Assembly: GCA_965217185.1 (NCBI GenBank)
Contig: OZ244252.1
Span: forward strand, 896,001-960,000
Source of the DNA: an uncultured Candidatus Entotheonella sp.
GTDB taxonomy: Bacteria > Tectomicrobia > Entotheonellia > Entotheonellales > Entotheonellaceae
Direction of reading: 5' to 3'
DNA length: 64,000 nt
Every line of letters starts with the position of its first letter. The stretch's first letter is position 1. The notes beneath the pieces are model-generated. The model saw only the letters and a program-made list of their open reading frames with translations, was not told the DNA's origin and did no database searches. The position numbers and the translations under genes were made by a program. Below are positions 31,400 to 42,549 of this stretch, in pieces.

Positions 31400-32449
31400 A
31401 TGTTGAAACGTTTGCAGATACGCAATTTTCGCGGTTTCAACGATCTCACCATCGATCAACTGAGTGGCATCAACCTCGTTGCCGGCAAAAACAACTCCGG
31501 CAAGACCAGTTTGCTTGAGGCACTTTTTCTGTTGGCTGGTGCCGGAAACGCAGAAATGGCACTGAACGCGAATGTCATACGCGGCTTCGAATCAAATGGC
31601 GTTCAGGCAAGTGAGCCTTTCTGGAAACAGCTTTTCTTCGACCTGGACATAGGGCAATCCCTTGAGATTGAGGGGATGCATACATCGCAGGGTCGAATGA
31701 ATTTGCAAATCGCCTCTGAGCGGCAATCTACTGTGAAGGCCCCGCTTGATCCTAGGGACAGAATTTCGGAGACGAACCTCTTTGACGAACGTTCGCTCGT
31801 ATTTCAGTACACCGGGGAGGCTTCAGGAAATCCGATTAAAAGCCGTATACGTCGCATAAAGCCCCAGGAAGTTGAAATCAATCAGCCTGCTACGAATTCC
31901 CCATTTCAGGCGACCATTTTGTTGTCCCGAACTCGGAGTATCCGTGACGATGCCATCAGGCTAGGCAGGTTGAGACGACAGAAACAGGGAGACCTGCTTG
32001 TCAAAGCATTACAGGTTGTGGAGCCAAAACTGCAAAGCATTGAGGACAATTCCTCCAGCGGCATACCGCTGATCTGGGGAGATATCGGGTTGCCCGAGTT
32101 GGTGCCGCTGTCCGTCATGGGCGAGGGGATGACCCAGATAGCCCGACTTGTTCTGGCGATAGCCTCCACACCGAGTGGTATTGTTCTGGTCGATGAGGTT
32201 GAAAACGGCTTTCACCACTCCGTGCTGCCCGATATCTGGCGGACCGTGGATGCGGCGGCAAATCAGTTCAACACCCAGATATTTGCCACCACGCACAGTC
32301 TTGAATGCGTGGTCGCGGCGCATGAATCCCTGAGCACCGATAGGTTTCGGTTGCACCGGCTTGAAACCGACGGCGAGATGCGCCGCTGTGTCACCTATGA
32401 ACCGGATTCAATCAACGCTGCAATCCGCCACGGTCTTGAGGTGCGCTGA
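31400..32449 (+). CDS. ABC-type AAA ATPase (AAA_15/AAA_21-like)
   Basis: IRNFRG, Walker A GKNNSGKT, MGEG signature, Walker B VLVDEVENGFH, H-loop TTHS. Confidence 0.88.
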   Translation: MLKRLQIRNFRGFNDLTIDQLSGINLVAGKNNSGKTSLLEALFLLAGAGNAEMALNANVIRGFESNGVQASEPFWKQLFFDLDIGQSLEIEGMHTSQGRMNLQIASERQSTVKAPLDPRDRISETNLFDERSLVFQYTGEASGNPIKSRIRRIKPQEVEINQPATNSPFQATILLSRTRSIRDDAIRLGRLRRQKQGDLLVKALQVVEPKLQSIEDNSSSGIPLIWGDIGLPELVPLSVMGEGMTQIARLVLAIASTPSGIVLVDEVENGFHHSVLPDIWRTVDAAANQFNTQIFATTHSLECVVAAHESLSTDRFRLHRLETDGEMRRCVTYEPDSINAAIRHGLEVR

Positions 32450-32450
32450 C

Positions 32451-33062
32451 ATGCCAAAACCCATACGAATAGAATCGCCGGTTCAGCTTCTTGTCGAGGG
32501 CAATGACCAGCGCAATTTCTTCGAAGCGTTCATCGAACATTTATCGCTTGAGAATATCCAGGTTCAGGACTTCGGCGGCGTGAGCGAACTGCGCGGCTTT
32601 CTGCGTGCCCTTGTGGATGCACCCGACTTTCGTAGCGCTGTTCAGAGCGTCGGCATTGTCCGCGACGCCGAAACGTCCGCCACGGGGGCGTTCCAAAGCG
32701 TCCGATCCTCGTTGGAGAATGCTGGACTTCCTGTGCCGGACAGCCCCGAAAAGCGCACTGGCACCAGTCCAACGGTAACAGCACTGATACTGCCCGACGA
32801 AAGGCGCCAGGGTATGCTGGAGACCCTCCTTTGCGAAAGCTTTGCGGCTACTCCGGTGGATCAATGCATCGATGGCTTTTTCAAGTGTGTCGAACAGTTG
32901 TCGGACGTGTCCCTCAGTAGACCGGATAAGGCCCGTGCCCGTGTCTATCTGACAACGAAGCCCGAGTCTCATTTGTCCGTAGGCGTGGCAGCAAAGAAGG
33001 GTTACTGGGACTTGCGGCATAATGTTTTCAGTCGTGTCCGAAATTTTCTACAGATGATATAG
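32451..33062 (+). CDS. DUF3226-like Toprim-fold protein
   Basis: LLVEGND, GIVRDAE, GMLETL. Starts 1 bp after the ATPase stop. Confidence 0.7.
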   Translation: MPKPIRIESPVQLLVEGNDQRNFFEAFIEHLSLENIQVQDFGGVSELRGFLRALVDAPDFRSAVQSVGIVRDAETSATGAFQSVRSSLENAGLPVPDSPEKRTGTSPTVTALILPDERRQGMLETLLCESFAATPVDQCIDGFFKCVEQLSDVSLSRPDKARARVYLTTKPESHLSVGVAAKKGYWDLRHNVFSRVRNFLQMI

Positions 33063-33171
33063 CTACAATATCTTGACGAGCCCGTCCCAACTGAACAGAA
33101 CAGAAACCCGCTGGCGCGTTCAAGGCTGAAACCAGCTGGCTCAAGAGTCTCCGCACAAGGGTTGCTCGCCC

Positions 33172-35145
33172 ATGAGCAAGATTCTCCCCATCAATCTGGA
33201 CGACCTTCTCCATTGCCGCGGTGTGGAGTCGGAGCGCGTCGAATTCAAAACCTCCTGGGACGAACACACGACCGGCCCGCAGGTCCTCCGAACGATCTGC
33301 GCCTTTGCGAACGACTATCACAACCTGAACGGCGGTTACGTCGTCATGGGCGTTGAGGAACGCGAAGGCCGCGCCGCCCTGCCCCCATCGGGTCTGTCCC
33401 CCGAGGAGGTCGAGGCGGCGCAGAAGTGGATTCGCGGCAACTGCAACCGGCTGGACCCGCCCTATCCGCCCATTCTGTCACCTGAAATGATTGACGACCG
33501 GCTCGTCCTGGTCATCTGGGCGCCGGCGAGCGAGATGCGGCCCCACCGCGCACCTTCGGATGAGGGGTCAGGGCGGTACTGGGTCCGCCTCGGCGCCGAG
33601 ACCGTTGATGCCGAGCGGCGCGGCGATTTGCTCCGGGGTCTGATTCAGCAGACGGCCCGGGTGCCGTGGGACGATCGCCGGGCGGCAGATGCGCAAGTCG
33701 AGGACTTGCGCGGGGCGAAGGTGCGCGAGTTCCTGCGCGACGTGCGCAGCGGGCTCCTTGAGGAACCGAACGAACGGGAAATCTATCGGCGTATGCGGCT
33801 GACGGTGCGGGTCAACGATCACGAGGCGCCCCGAAACGCGGGCCTCCTCTTCTTCTCGAACAATCCCACGGAATGGTTCCGGGGCGCCAAGATCGAAGTC
33901 GTGCAGTTCGCCGCCGACCGGGCCGGAAACGTGCAGGAGGAGCGCATCTTTGGCGGTGCCCTCGTGGACCAGCTTCGGGATTGCCTGACGTATCTGGAGA
34001 ACTTCTCGACGTTCCATCTGCAAAAACAGCGGGACCGGAGCCAGGTTCGCGGCTGGGTCAGCTATCCGCTGCCCGCGCTGCGCGAAACGCTCGTCAATGC
34101 GCTGTATCACCGCGGTTACGACGTCGATCAGCCCGATCCCACCAAGGTCTATCTCTATCCGAGCCGGATGGAGGTCATCAGCTATCCCGGACCGGTTCTG
34201 GGTATCGAACCCCGGCACCTGCTTCCGGACGCGGAGGTTCGGGCCGTGCCTGCCCGTAATCGCCGCATCGGTGAGTTCCTGAAGGAGTTGGGGCTCGCCG
34301 AAGGGCGCCTCTCCGGGTTGCCAAAGGTTTATGAGGCCATGGCCGCCAACGGATCACCGGTACCGCGCTTTGAATTTGATGAACAGCGGACCTATTTCCA
34401 GGCCACGCTTCCGGCTCACCCGGAGTACGGCGCTTTATCGGCGTTGCGCGACGCGGCCCATCTGCGGGCGCTGGGGGAGCAGGACGAAGCGTTTCGGCGC
34501 CTGGAGTCGGCGTGGCTCTCCAACTCGGGTTCGGCGGTTCTGGCTGCGGAGATGATCCGCGAGTATGCGGCGCGTGGTGAGACCGGACGCGCCGAAAAGG
34601 TGCTGGAGACGTTTGAGGCGGAAGGACCGGCGAGTGCGGCCGCCCACGTCGCCAATATCTTGATCGAAGTGCTGCTGGAGGTTGGACAAGCAGACAAGGC
34701 GCAGGAAATGCTGAGGCGGAATGATCCGATTTTGTTCAGTCAGGACGCCATCGATGCCGCTATCCTGGCGCGGCGCGCCAGAGACTTCCGGGTCGCCCAC
34801 CGTTTGTTTGAACGCGCCGGTGACACAGTGCAAGCTGACCCCCGCGCCCTGCTTGAGTTCGCCCAGACCAAGCTTTCGTTGGCGACCGAAGCCCACTATC
34901 AACGACGGCGCGACCTGAACCGCAGGTTTCTCACCGAGGCTGGGACTTTGTTGGAGCGCGTCATTCAACTGGATGCGTCGCCCACCCGTCATGCCTGGGC
35001 TTGGCGCGAATTGGCCCGCACGCTCCGCTGGCTGCGAGCGCCGTTGCGGGAAGTTGAAGCGGCTTATCGCAGGGCTATCGACCTGCTGCCTGAAGAACGG
35101 AGATTTGCTCAGGAATGGGAAAGAATACGAGCTTCACGCGGATGA
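33172..35145 (+). CDS. Schlafen/AlbA_2 domain + HATPase_c_4 domain + C-terminal TPR-like helical region
   Basis: ESERVEFK...ICAFAN...GGYVVMGV; LRETLVNALYHRGY, RNRRIGEFL; Ala/Leu-rich helical repeats after about aa 420. Confidence 0.75.
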   Translation: MSKILPINLDDLLHCRGVESERVEFKTSWDEHTTGPQVLRTICAFANDYHNLNGGYVVMGVEEREGRAALPPSGLSPEEVEAAQKWIRGNCNRLDPPYPPILSPEMIDDRLVLVIWAPASEMRPHRAPSDEGSGRYWVRLGAETVDAERRGDLLRGLIQQTARVPWDDRRAADAQVEDLRGAKVREFLRDVRSGLLEEPNEREIYRRMRLTVRVNDHEAPRNAGLLFFSNNPTEWFRGAKIEVVQFAADRAGNVQEERIFGGALVDQLRDCLTYLENFSTFHLQKQRDRSQVRGWVSYPLPALRETLVNALYHRGYDVDQPDPTKVYLYPSRMEVISYPGPVLGIEPRHLLPDAEVRAVPARNRRIGEFLKELGLAEGRLSGLPKVYEAMAANGSPVPRFEFDEQRTYFQATLPAHPEYGALSALRDAAHLRALGEQDEAFRRLESAWLSNSGSAVLAAEMIREYAARGETGRAEKVLETFEAEGPASAAAHVANILIEVLLEVGQADKAQEMLRRNDPILFSQDAIDAAILARRARDFRVAHRLFERAGDTVQADPRALLEFAQTKLSLATEAHYQRRRDLNRRFLTEAGTLLERVIQLDASPTRHAWAWRELARTLRWLRAPLREVEAAYRRAIDLLPEERRFAQEWERIRASRG

Positions 35146-35358
35146 TTGCAGCGGAATGAGAGGCGCGGTAGGGCATTGCTGGGGCCGTGGCACCAGATGT
35201 TGTCGGGAATTGTGATTCAAAGTTTAAGGTAATTATGAAAACTTTGCTTTAACGTAAGACATGGCTGAAGCATTTTATTGTGGGCTATCGAATTTATGTC
35301 TAGGAAAGTGATGTTAAATAGCCTTGCGGTATTGACGCTGCGATGTTTCTCCCAAAGG

Positions 35359-35412
35359 GTCATTCCCGCGAAAACGGGAATCCACTGGATGCCGGGTCAA
35401 GCCCGGCATGAC
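35359..35412. repeat. Palindromic element (GTCATTCCCGCG-N-GGGAATCCA type)
   Basis: GTCATTCCCGCGAAAACGGGAATCCA-C-TGGATGCCGGGTCAAGCCCGGCATGAC. Confidence 0.75.
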
Positions 35413-35680
35413 GTGCAGGCGGAGCATATACCTCAGGACGATAGCGTTCTGGCTGATCGACAGGGGGATATGGCGGTGGCAGGAGTTGTCGAGTAAATAG
35501 GCAAGAATTGTCGAAAATTACGGGCCAAAGTTCAGGAGAAATCTACAAATTTCGTTTTAACGCGAGCGCGTTGAATGCTCAGAAATTAACGGCGCTTCCA
35601 AAAACAACTCCTGTTGCCTTGCAACGCGCTCGCTTTGACGAGGTGCGGCGTGCCTGCTTGGGTAAATCCAGCAGCACCTT

Positions 35681-36439
35681 CTACTGTGCCACCCAACCGC
35701 CGTCCACGACGACCTCAGTGCCCGTAACGTAGCGGGACTCATCGGAGGCCAGGTAGAGGACGGCGTAAGCGACGTCTTCAGGCTGGCCGAACCTGCCGAG
35801 AGGTATCCGCGACAGCATGAGGTTGTAGGCTTCGGGGTCGGACCGTCGCCCCGCGGTCATGGGTGTGACAATCGGACCGGGATGAACGGAGTTGACCCGT
35901 ATGCCCTCTCTGGCGTATTGGACAGCGGTCGCCTTGGTGAAGATACGCACCGCGCCCTTGGACGCTTGGTATTGGGGGGTGCTGTTGTCCGTGCCCACCA
36001 GCCCCAGTTGGGAGGAGATGTTGATGATGGAGCCGCCTCCTGCCTTGCGCATCTCCGGTATGGCGGCCTTGGTCCCCAGAAATACGCCCGTGCTGTTGAC
36101 GGCCATTACCCTCTCCCAGTCCGCCAGGGAGGTTTCTTCTACCAAGCTGCTAACGCCTCCGATGCCGGCGTTGTTGACCAGGATGTCCAGTCTGCCGAAA
36201 CGGGATGCGGTGATGGCGATGGCTTCTTGCCAATTGGCCTCGCTGGTCACGTCCAGATGAATGAAGACGCAGTCGCCGCCGGTTTCGTTAATCTCCGCTT
36301 CCACCCGGCGGCCATCGTCGTCCAGGACGTCGCCAATGGCGACTTTGGCGCCTTCTTTGGCGAACAGCCGTGCCTCGGCGGCGCCCATGCCGCGAGCGCC
36401 GCCACTGATGATTGCTACCTTCCCATCGAGTCTTCCCAT
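35681..36439 (-). CDS. SDR family oxidoreductase
   Basis: GGARGMG, NNAG, YQASK. Confidence 0.92.
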   Translation of the reverse strand: MGRLDGKVAIISGGARGMGAAEARLFAKEGAKVAIGDVLDDDGRRVEAEINETGGDCVFIHLDVTSEANWQEAIAITASRFGRLDILVNNAGIGGVSSLVEETSLADWERVMAVNSTGVFLGTKAAIPEMRKAGGGSIINISSQLGLVGTDNSTPQYQASKGAVRIFTKATAVQYAREGIRVNSVHPGPIVTPMTAGRRSDPEAYNLMLSRIPLGRFGQPEDVAYAVLYLASDESRYVTGTEVVVDGGWVAQ

Positions 36440-36489
36440 TGTGAACCTCCTGAAGGAAAGCGCCTGGTCGTATCCGTTCGGTGTCCTGC

Positions 36490-37032
36490 TCAGCCTTGCA
36501 GCAACGCCACTCGGGTAGCCTCGTAACCGGAGTCGCTTTCCACCACGTCCACTTCCACGGCGGCGCCTTCGTTGATCATTTCGAAGGCGTCGCCCACGAC
36601 GACGTTGCGCAGGAAGTGGATCTCTTCATCGGCGCCGATATCGACGTAGCCGTAGCCCTGTTCAGGAGCGACGTGGACGACTTGCCCGGAAAGCCGAGGT
36701 CCTGATTTGGCGGCTTTCAGACGCTGCTTGTCCAGCCCGCGGCGTTTGCTGCGAAAATCGGACAGTTCGCGCGTCAGAGCCTGCAAGGCGTTGTGGATTG
36801 CATCGTCGATGTCTTTGCCGATTTTGGATGCCTGGATGAGCTTGCGGCGCGCCATGGAGAGCATAAAGCGGGCTTCGTCGCTGCCGTGCTGGTGGTGCGT
36901 GCTCTTCACTAAGGTCACGCGCGCGTGGATGATGTCGTTGTGTCGGGCGTTGAGTTTCTCCAGCGAGGACGTAATCGTGGCCCGCAATTCGTCATAGATA
37001 TCGAAGTGCTGCGTGTCGATCTGAATATCCAT
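36490..37032 (-). CDS. HPF/RaiA ribosome-associated protein fused to a cold-shock domain
   Basis: N-terminal HPF-like [10 protein letters not shown]...; C-terminal GYGYVDI...IHFLRNVV cold-shock-like region; GGAGG RBS. Confidence 0.75.
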   Translation of the reverse strand: MDIQIDTQHFDIYDELRATITSSLEKLNARHNDIIHARVTLVKSTHHQHGSDEARFMLSMARRKLIQASKIGKDIDDAIHNALQALTRELSDFRSKRRGLDKQRLKAAKSGPRLSGQVVHVAPEQGYGYVDIGADEEIHFLRNVVVGDAFEMINEGAAVEVDVVESDSGYEATRVALLQG

Positions 37033-37217
37033 TTGTGTACCTCCTTGCCTCGTGCATGGTAATGGCGCCCATGTCTTCCGACGCCCATAGAGATTATTGT
37101 ACCCCCTACCCGGCGCCGCGTCAGCATGGCTTGCGAGGGGGTATGGGAGCATTTAGAATAGCCGCCCATCGGAATGCCGGAAAGTCGTGCACGGGAGCGG
37201 GATCGACAGGAGCGAGG

Positions 37218-38153
37218 ATGATCGTTGCGTTGGCAGGCGGCGTGGGAGCCGCCAAATTTTTGCGCGGCCTGGTTGACCTCGTGGACCCCGCAACGGTCAC
37301 CATTGTCAGCAACACCGGCGACGATCTGGAACGTTTTGGCCTCCACATCAGCCCGGACATCGATATCGTCGCTTACACGCTGGCCGGGTTGGTGGATGAG
37401 GAGCGCGGCTGGGGCATTCGCGGCGACACCTTCGAAGCCCTGGCGATGCTGCAGCGTTACGGCGAGGCGGGGTGGTTCAACCTCGGTGACCGCGACCTGG
37501 CGACCCATATCCTGCGCACCGAACGCCTGCGGGCCGGCGAAAGTCTGACCGGCGTCACCAAGTCCTTATGCCAAGCCCTCAACGTCCGGTCGCGCATTCT
37601 TCCGATGTGCGATCAGGCCGTTCCCACGCTGATTCGGACCCCTGCGGGGGTGTTTCATTTCCAGGAGTATCTGGTGCAGCGGGGTGGCCGGGAGGAGGTT
37701 CTGGAGGTCATTTTCCAGGGCGCGGAGCAGGCCCGACCGGCTGCGGGCGTGTGCGCGGCGCTGGCTCAGGCCGATGCAATCCTCATCTGCCCGAGCAATC
37801 CCATTATCAGTATCGGCACGATTCTGGCGGTGCCCGGCATGCGTCAAGCCATCGTTGACAGCCCGGCGCCGGTGGTGGCGGTCAGCCCGATCGTTGCCGG
37901 GAAGACGCTGAAAGGCCCGGCGGACCTGATGCTTCGTGGTCTGGGGCTGGAGGTTTCGGCGTGTGGGGTAGCCCAGTACTATGGGGACCTGCTGCACGGG
38001 ATGGTGATCGACACGCAGGACGCCGGCTTGCAGCCGCGCCTGGCCGGCATGGGGTTGCGGGTTGAGGTGACGAACACCGTCATGCGCAGCCTCGAAGACA
38101 AACGCGCGTTGGCGCGCACCGCGCTAAACCTTTCAAGGGCGTTATCCAAATGA
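37218..38153 (+). CDS. cofD: 2-phospho-L-lactate transferase (F420 synthesis)
   Basis: LAGGVGAAKF, NTGDD, SPDID, WFNLGDRDLATH, PSNPIISI. Confidence 0.95.
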   Translation: MIVALAGGVGAAKFLRGLVDLVDPATVTIVSNTGDDLERFGLHISPDIDIVAYTLAGLVDEERGWGIRGDTFEALAMLQRYGEAGWFNLGDRDLATHILRTERLRAGESLTGVTKSLCQALNVRSRILPMCDQAVPTLIRTPAGVFHFQEYLVQRGGREEVLEVIFQGAEQARPAAGVCAALAQADAILICPSNPIISIGTILAVPGMRQAIVDSPAPVVAVSPIVAGKTLKGPADLMLRGLGLEVSACGVAQYYGDLLHGMVIDTQDAGLQPRLAGMGLRVEVTNTVMRSLEDKRALARTALNLSRALSK

Positions 38154-38836
38154 CCTACGTCGTCATTCCCGCCAAAGACTTTCACGGCGCCAAACAGCGT
38201 TTGGCAGGGCTGTTGCAGCCCCACGAACGTTCGGCGTTGGCCCGGGCCACCTTGACCGATACGCTGACGGCGTGCGTGCAGGCTGAGGGGCTGGCGGGCA
38301 TCGGCGTGGTGACCTGCGACCGTGAGGTGGCCGAGTTGGCCGAGTCGCTGCGGGCGGAAATACTGTGGGAAGCCGAGGCCCGCGGGCAAAGCGCGGCCGT
38401 GGCCAAGGGCGGCCGGGAATGCCTGCGGCGGGGCATCCCTTCTATGCTGACCATGCCGGGCGATATTCCGCTGCTGACGGCCGCGGACGTCGAGGCGCTG
38501 GCGTCGGCTGCGTTGGCGTCGTCGTCCGTGGTCCTGGTGCCCAATCGCGAAGATACGGGGACGAATGCCCTGGTGCTGACGCCGCCCGACTGTCTGCCGG
38601 TGGCCTTCGGCGACGATAGCTTCCGACGCCATCTGCGATTGTGTGCGGAACGCGACTTGGCGGTTGACGTGCGCCGTATGCCGCGGGTGGCTCTCGATAT
38701 CGACACGCCGGAGGACCTGGCGGTGTTTGTCGCACAACGTGTTCCCAGCCATAGCTTGCAGGCGCTGACGGACCTCGGCGTTCTCGAACGCTGTACAGTC
38801 GCGCCCTGCCCTGTTGCGAGTGACCCATCATCATGA
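38150..38836 (+). CDS. cofC: 2-phospho-L-lactate/PEP guanylyltransferase
   Basis: IPAKDFHGAKQRL, GDIPLL, GTNAL, LDIDTPEDL. Confidence 0.93.
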   Translation: MTYVVIPAKDFHGAKQRLAGLLQPHERSALARATLTDTLTACVQAEGLAGIGVVTCDREVAELAESLRAEILWEAEARGQSAAVAKGGRECLRRGIPSMLTMPGDIPLLTAADVEALASAALASSSVVLVPNREDTGTNALVLTPPDCLPVAFGDDSFRRHLRLCAERDLAVDVRRMPRVALDIDTPEDLAVFVAQRVPSHSLQALTDLGVLERCTVAPCPVASDPSS

Positions 38837-39591
38837 CTATTTCCGAAGTGCGGATTCTGAGTGTCCCGGGCATCCCCATTATTGTGCCGGGCGATGATCT
38901 GGCCGGCCTCATTCAGCAGGCAGCCGAGAACGCATCGCTGGCAGTGCAAGACGGCGACATTGTGGTGGTGACCCAGAAAATCGTCTCCAAGGCCGAGGGC
39001 TGCCTGGTGTCGCTGGCCGACGTGACGCCTTCCCCCCTGGCTATAACGTTCGCCGACCAATGGGACAAGGACGCCCGGCAGGTCGAGGTAGTGCTGCAGG
39101 CGTCGCGGCGCATCGTCAAGATGGACCGCGGGGTCATCATCGCCGAGACGCATCACGGCTTCATTTGCGCCAACGCCGGTGTTGACCGGTCCAACATGGA
39201 GGGCGACGACGTGGTCGCCGTGCTGCCGCCGGACCCGGATGCCTCGGCACGTGCCATTCGTGACCGCTTGCGGGAGCAGATGGGCGTGGAGGTGGCGGTA
39301 ATTATCTCGGATACCTTCGGGCGGCCTTGGCGCGAAGGTCTGGTTAACGTCGCCATCGGCCTTGCGGGGATGCTGGCCAACGTGGACTACACGGGCCAAT
39401 ACGACGCGCAGGGCTATGAACTGAAGGTGACGGCCCTGTCAGTGGCGGACGAATTGGCGGCCGCTGCCGAACTGGTCATGAACAAGCTGGACAACGTGCC
39501 GGTTGCCGTCATTCGGGGCTATGACTACCCGCGCGGCGACGGTGATCTGAGCCAACTGATCCGCGATCCGGAGCGAGATTTGTTCCGTTGA
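38833..39591 (+). CDS. cofE: Coenzyme F420-0:L-glutamate ligase
   Basis: PGDDL, KIVSKAEG, ANAGVDRSN, SDTFGRPWREG, ADELAAAAELV. Confidence 0.95.
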   Translation: MTISEVRILSVPGIPIIVPGDDLAGLIQQAAENASLAVQDGDIVVVTQKIVSKAEGCLVSLADVTPSPLAITFADQWDKDARQVEVVLQASRRIVKMDRGVIIAETHHGFICANAGVDRSNMEGDDVVAVLPPDPDASARAIRDRLREQMGVEVAVIISDTFGRPWREGLVNVAIGLAGMLANVDYTGQYDAQGYELKVTALSVADELAAAAELVMNKLDNVPVAVIRGYDYPRGDGDLSQLIRDPERDLFR

Positions 39592-39607
39592 GAGAAAAGG
39601 AGTGCAC

Positions 39608-40255
39608 GTGATCGTCAGCATTTTGGGGGGTACGGGCGAGCAAGGCCCGGGCATGGCGTTGCGGTGGGCCAAGGGCGGTATTCAGGTCATCATCGGCTCC
39701 CGGCAGCAGAGTAAGGCGGCGCAGGTGGCCGACGAGTTGAACGAGGAACTGGGCGAAGCATTGATCCAGGGTATGGCGAATCCAGAAGCGGCTGCGGCTG
39801 CCGAGGTCGTGGCCCTCACCGTGCCCTTTTCCGCTCACAAGAGCACGATCGAGTCGGTCAAGGCGCACCTGAAAGGCAAGGTGTTCATCGACGTCTGCGT
39901 GCCCCTGGACCCCGAGAATCCCCGCAAGATGCTGATGCCCCCGGCCGGTTCGGCGACCGAGGAGGCGCAGTCCCTCCTGGGCAATGACGTGAAGGTGGTG
40001 GCCGCGTTTCAGAACGTCGCGGCGCACGAGTTGCGTCACCTCGATCACGGGATCGAGTGCGACGTGCTGGTGTGCGGCAACGACCGCACGGCGCGGCAAA
40101 CGGTGATCGATCTGGTGAAACAGATGGGACTGCACTCGGTTGACGCCGGTCTGGCGTACAACGCCCGCGTCGTGGAAAGCCTCACCGCCCTGCTCATCGG
40201 CCTCAACATCCGCAACAAGGTTAAGGGCAGCGGCATACACGTCACCGGCCTCTAG
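39608..40255 (+). CDS. npdG: NADPH-dependent F420 reductase
   Basis: ILGGTGEQG, IIGSR, VVAAFQNV, VESLTALLI. Confidence 0.92.
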   Translation: MIVSILGGTGEQGPGMALRWAKGGIQVIIGSRQQSKAAQVADELNEELGEALIQGMANPEAAAAAEVVALTVPFSAHKSTIESVKAHLKGKVFIDVCVPLDPENPRKMLMPPAGSATEEAQSLLGNDVKVVAAFQNVAAHELRHLDHGIECDVLVCGNDRTARQTVIDLVKQMGLHSVDAGLAYNARVVESLTALLIGLNIRNKVKGSGIHVTGL

Positions 40256-40317
40256 CTCCGGGCGATATGGTAGAATCCCTGTCCTTGCCCTGCCGGGTTT
40301 CAGGGCTGCCCTGTATT

Positions 40318-40391
40318 GCCCCCTTAGCTCAGTTGGATAGAGCATCGGACTTCTAATCCGAGGGTCAGAGGTTCAAGTCCTCTAGGGGGTA
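40318..40391 (+). tRNA. tRNA-Arg(TCT), CCA not encoded
   Basis: Acceptor GCCCCCT/AGGGGGT, D-arm AGCTCAGTTGGATAGAGC, anticodon arm TCGGA-CTTCTAA-TCCGA, T-loop GTTCAAGTC. Confidence 0.96.
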
Positions 40392-40464
40392 TTGAAGATC
40401 AGGAACCGCATTTTGTCGTTGCCTGTCGCTCATGCCTCGGGTTTTGTTCGCAGAAATTGCCTCC

Positions 40465-40785
40465 CTACTGCCGAACCGCCTGCACTCTGAGGTGCAGACC
40501 TTCGCGCTCCCGCAGGTGACCGATAATCTCGAACAAATTCCGGGCTTGAGGGTTGCCCTTGGGTCCGAGCATGTGCATGAGGCTTTTGGACGACTTGGCC
40601 GTGCGCTCGCCGAGTTCCTTGAAGCCCATGGTGGCATTGATGTAGTTGCGCAGCATCGCCTTGCCGACATCCAAATCCCCCGCCAGCAGGCATTCGATAC
40701 TTTCCCTGAGCAGTTCTTCGCGAAAGGCCGCGTCCTGCTGGGCGCGCGCCCTTACCGTCTCCTTGAAATCTCGCGTCAACGTCAT
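40465..40785 (-). CDS. Addiction-module HTH antitoxin
   Basis: LTRDFKETVRAR...LRNYINATMGF...MLGPKGNPQARNLF. Confidence 0.85.
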   Translation of the reverse strand: MTLTRDFKETVRARAQQDAAFREELLRESIECLLAGDLDVGKAMLRNYINATMGFKELGERTAKSSKSLMHMLGPKGNPQARNLFEIIGHLREREGLHLRVQAVRQ

Positions 40786-41117
40786 GATTCTCCTAACCGC
40801 CGCTTACGGCGCCTGTACCCCGCCCAAAGGCTCCTGGCGGTTTCGATGTCCCTCTGCTGACGTACCTTGGTACCGCCCCCGAGCAGGATGACCAACGTGT
40901 TTCCCTCCCTGCCGAAGTAGACCCGATAGCCGGGGCCGAAGTTTATCCGGTATTCAAAGACACCGGCGCCGACACCCTGCACGTTGGAAAAATTGCCTTG
41001 TTCCATCCGCGTGAATGCCGTCGTTACCTTAGCCGCTGCGGTTGGGTCGAGTGCGACGAACCACTTGGCAAAGGGGCTGTTGCCTTCTTCGTCAACGTAC
41101 TCGCGGATTTCGATCAT
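40782..41117 (-). CDS. RelE/ParE-superfamily addiction-module toxin
   Basis: SPFAKWF...GVFEYRINFGPGYRVYF...LLGGGTK..QQRDI. Confidence 0.88.
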   Translation of the reverse strand: MIEIREYVDEEGNSPFAKWFVALDPTAAAKVTTAFTRMEQGNFSNVQGVGAGVFEYRINFGPGYRVYFGREGNTLVILLGGGTKVRQQRDIETARSLWAGYRRRKRRLGES

Positions 41118-41389
41118 TTCTCGATAGTAAGATATAAGTCACCAAATTAACAGGCCAAGGATTGGCGTCGGAAGATCGGTGGTTGCGGCGGTCCTGATTG
41201 CGGCGTGACGAATCCTTCTTCCCAACTGCCTGGTATCCTCCTAATCCGGTCAACCCCGGTCGGGAAGAAGTACCGTTTGTATCGTGTTGGTTCCGGTAGA
41301 GCAGTGTGGAGAAAGGCTTGTCGGTGATACTGAGCCGAGCCATCGGAGGCTCGGAACTCTTCCGGGTATTCAAGGAACAGGGGTGCATC

Positions 41390-42517
<1,128 letters not shown>

Positions 42518-42549
42518 CCCGTTGGTTATCCCGTTGACGGGCAGCCCTC

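Noticed and set aside
35200..35640. AT-rich stretch as a gene or ncRNA
   Set aside because: No credible ORF or structure beyond the palindromic element. Probably decayed foreign DNA.
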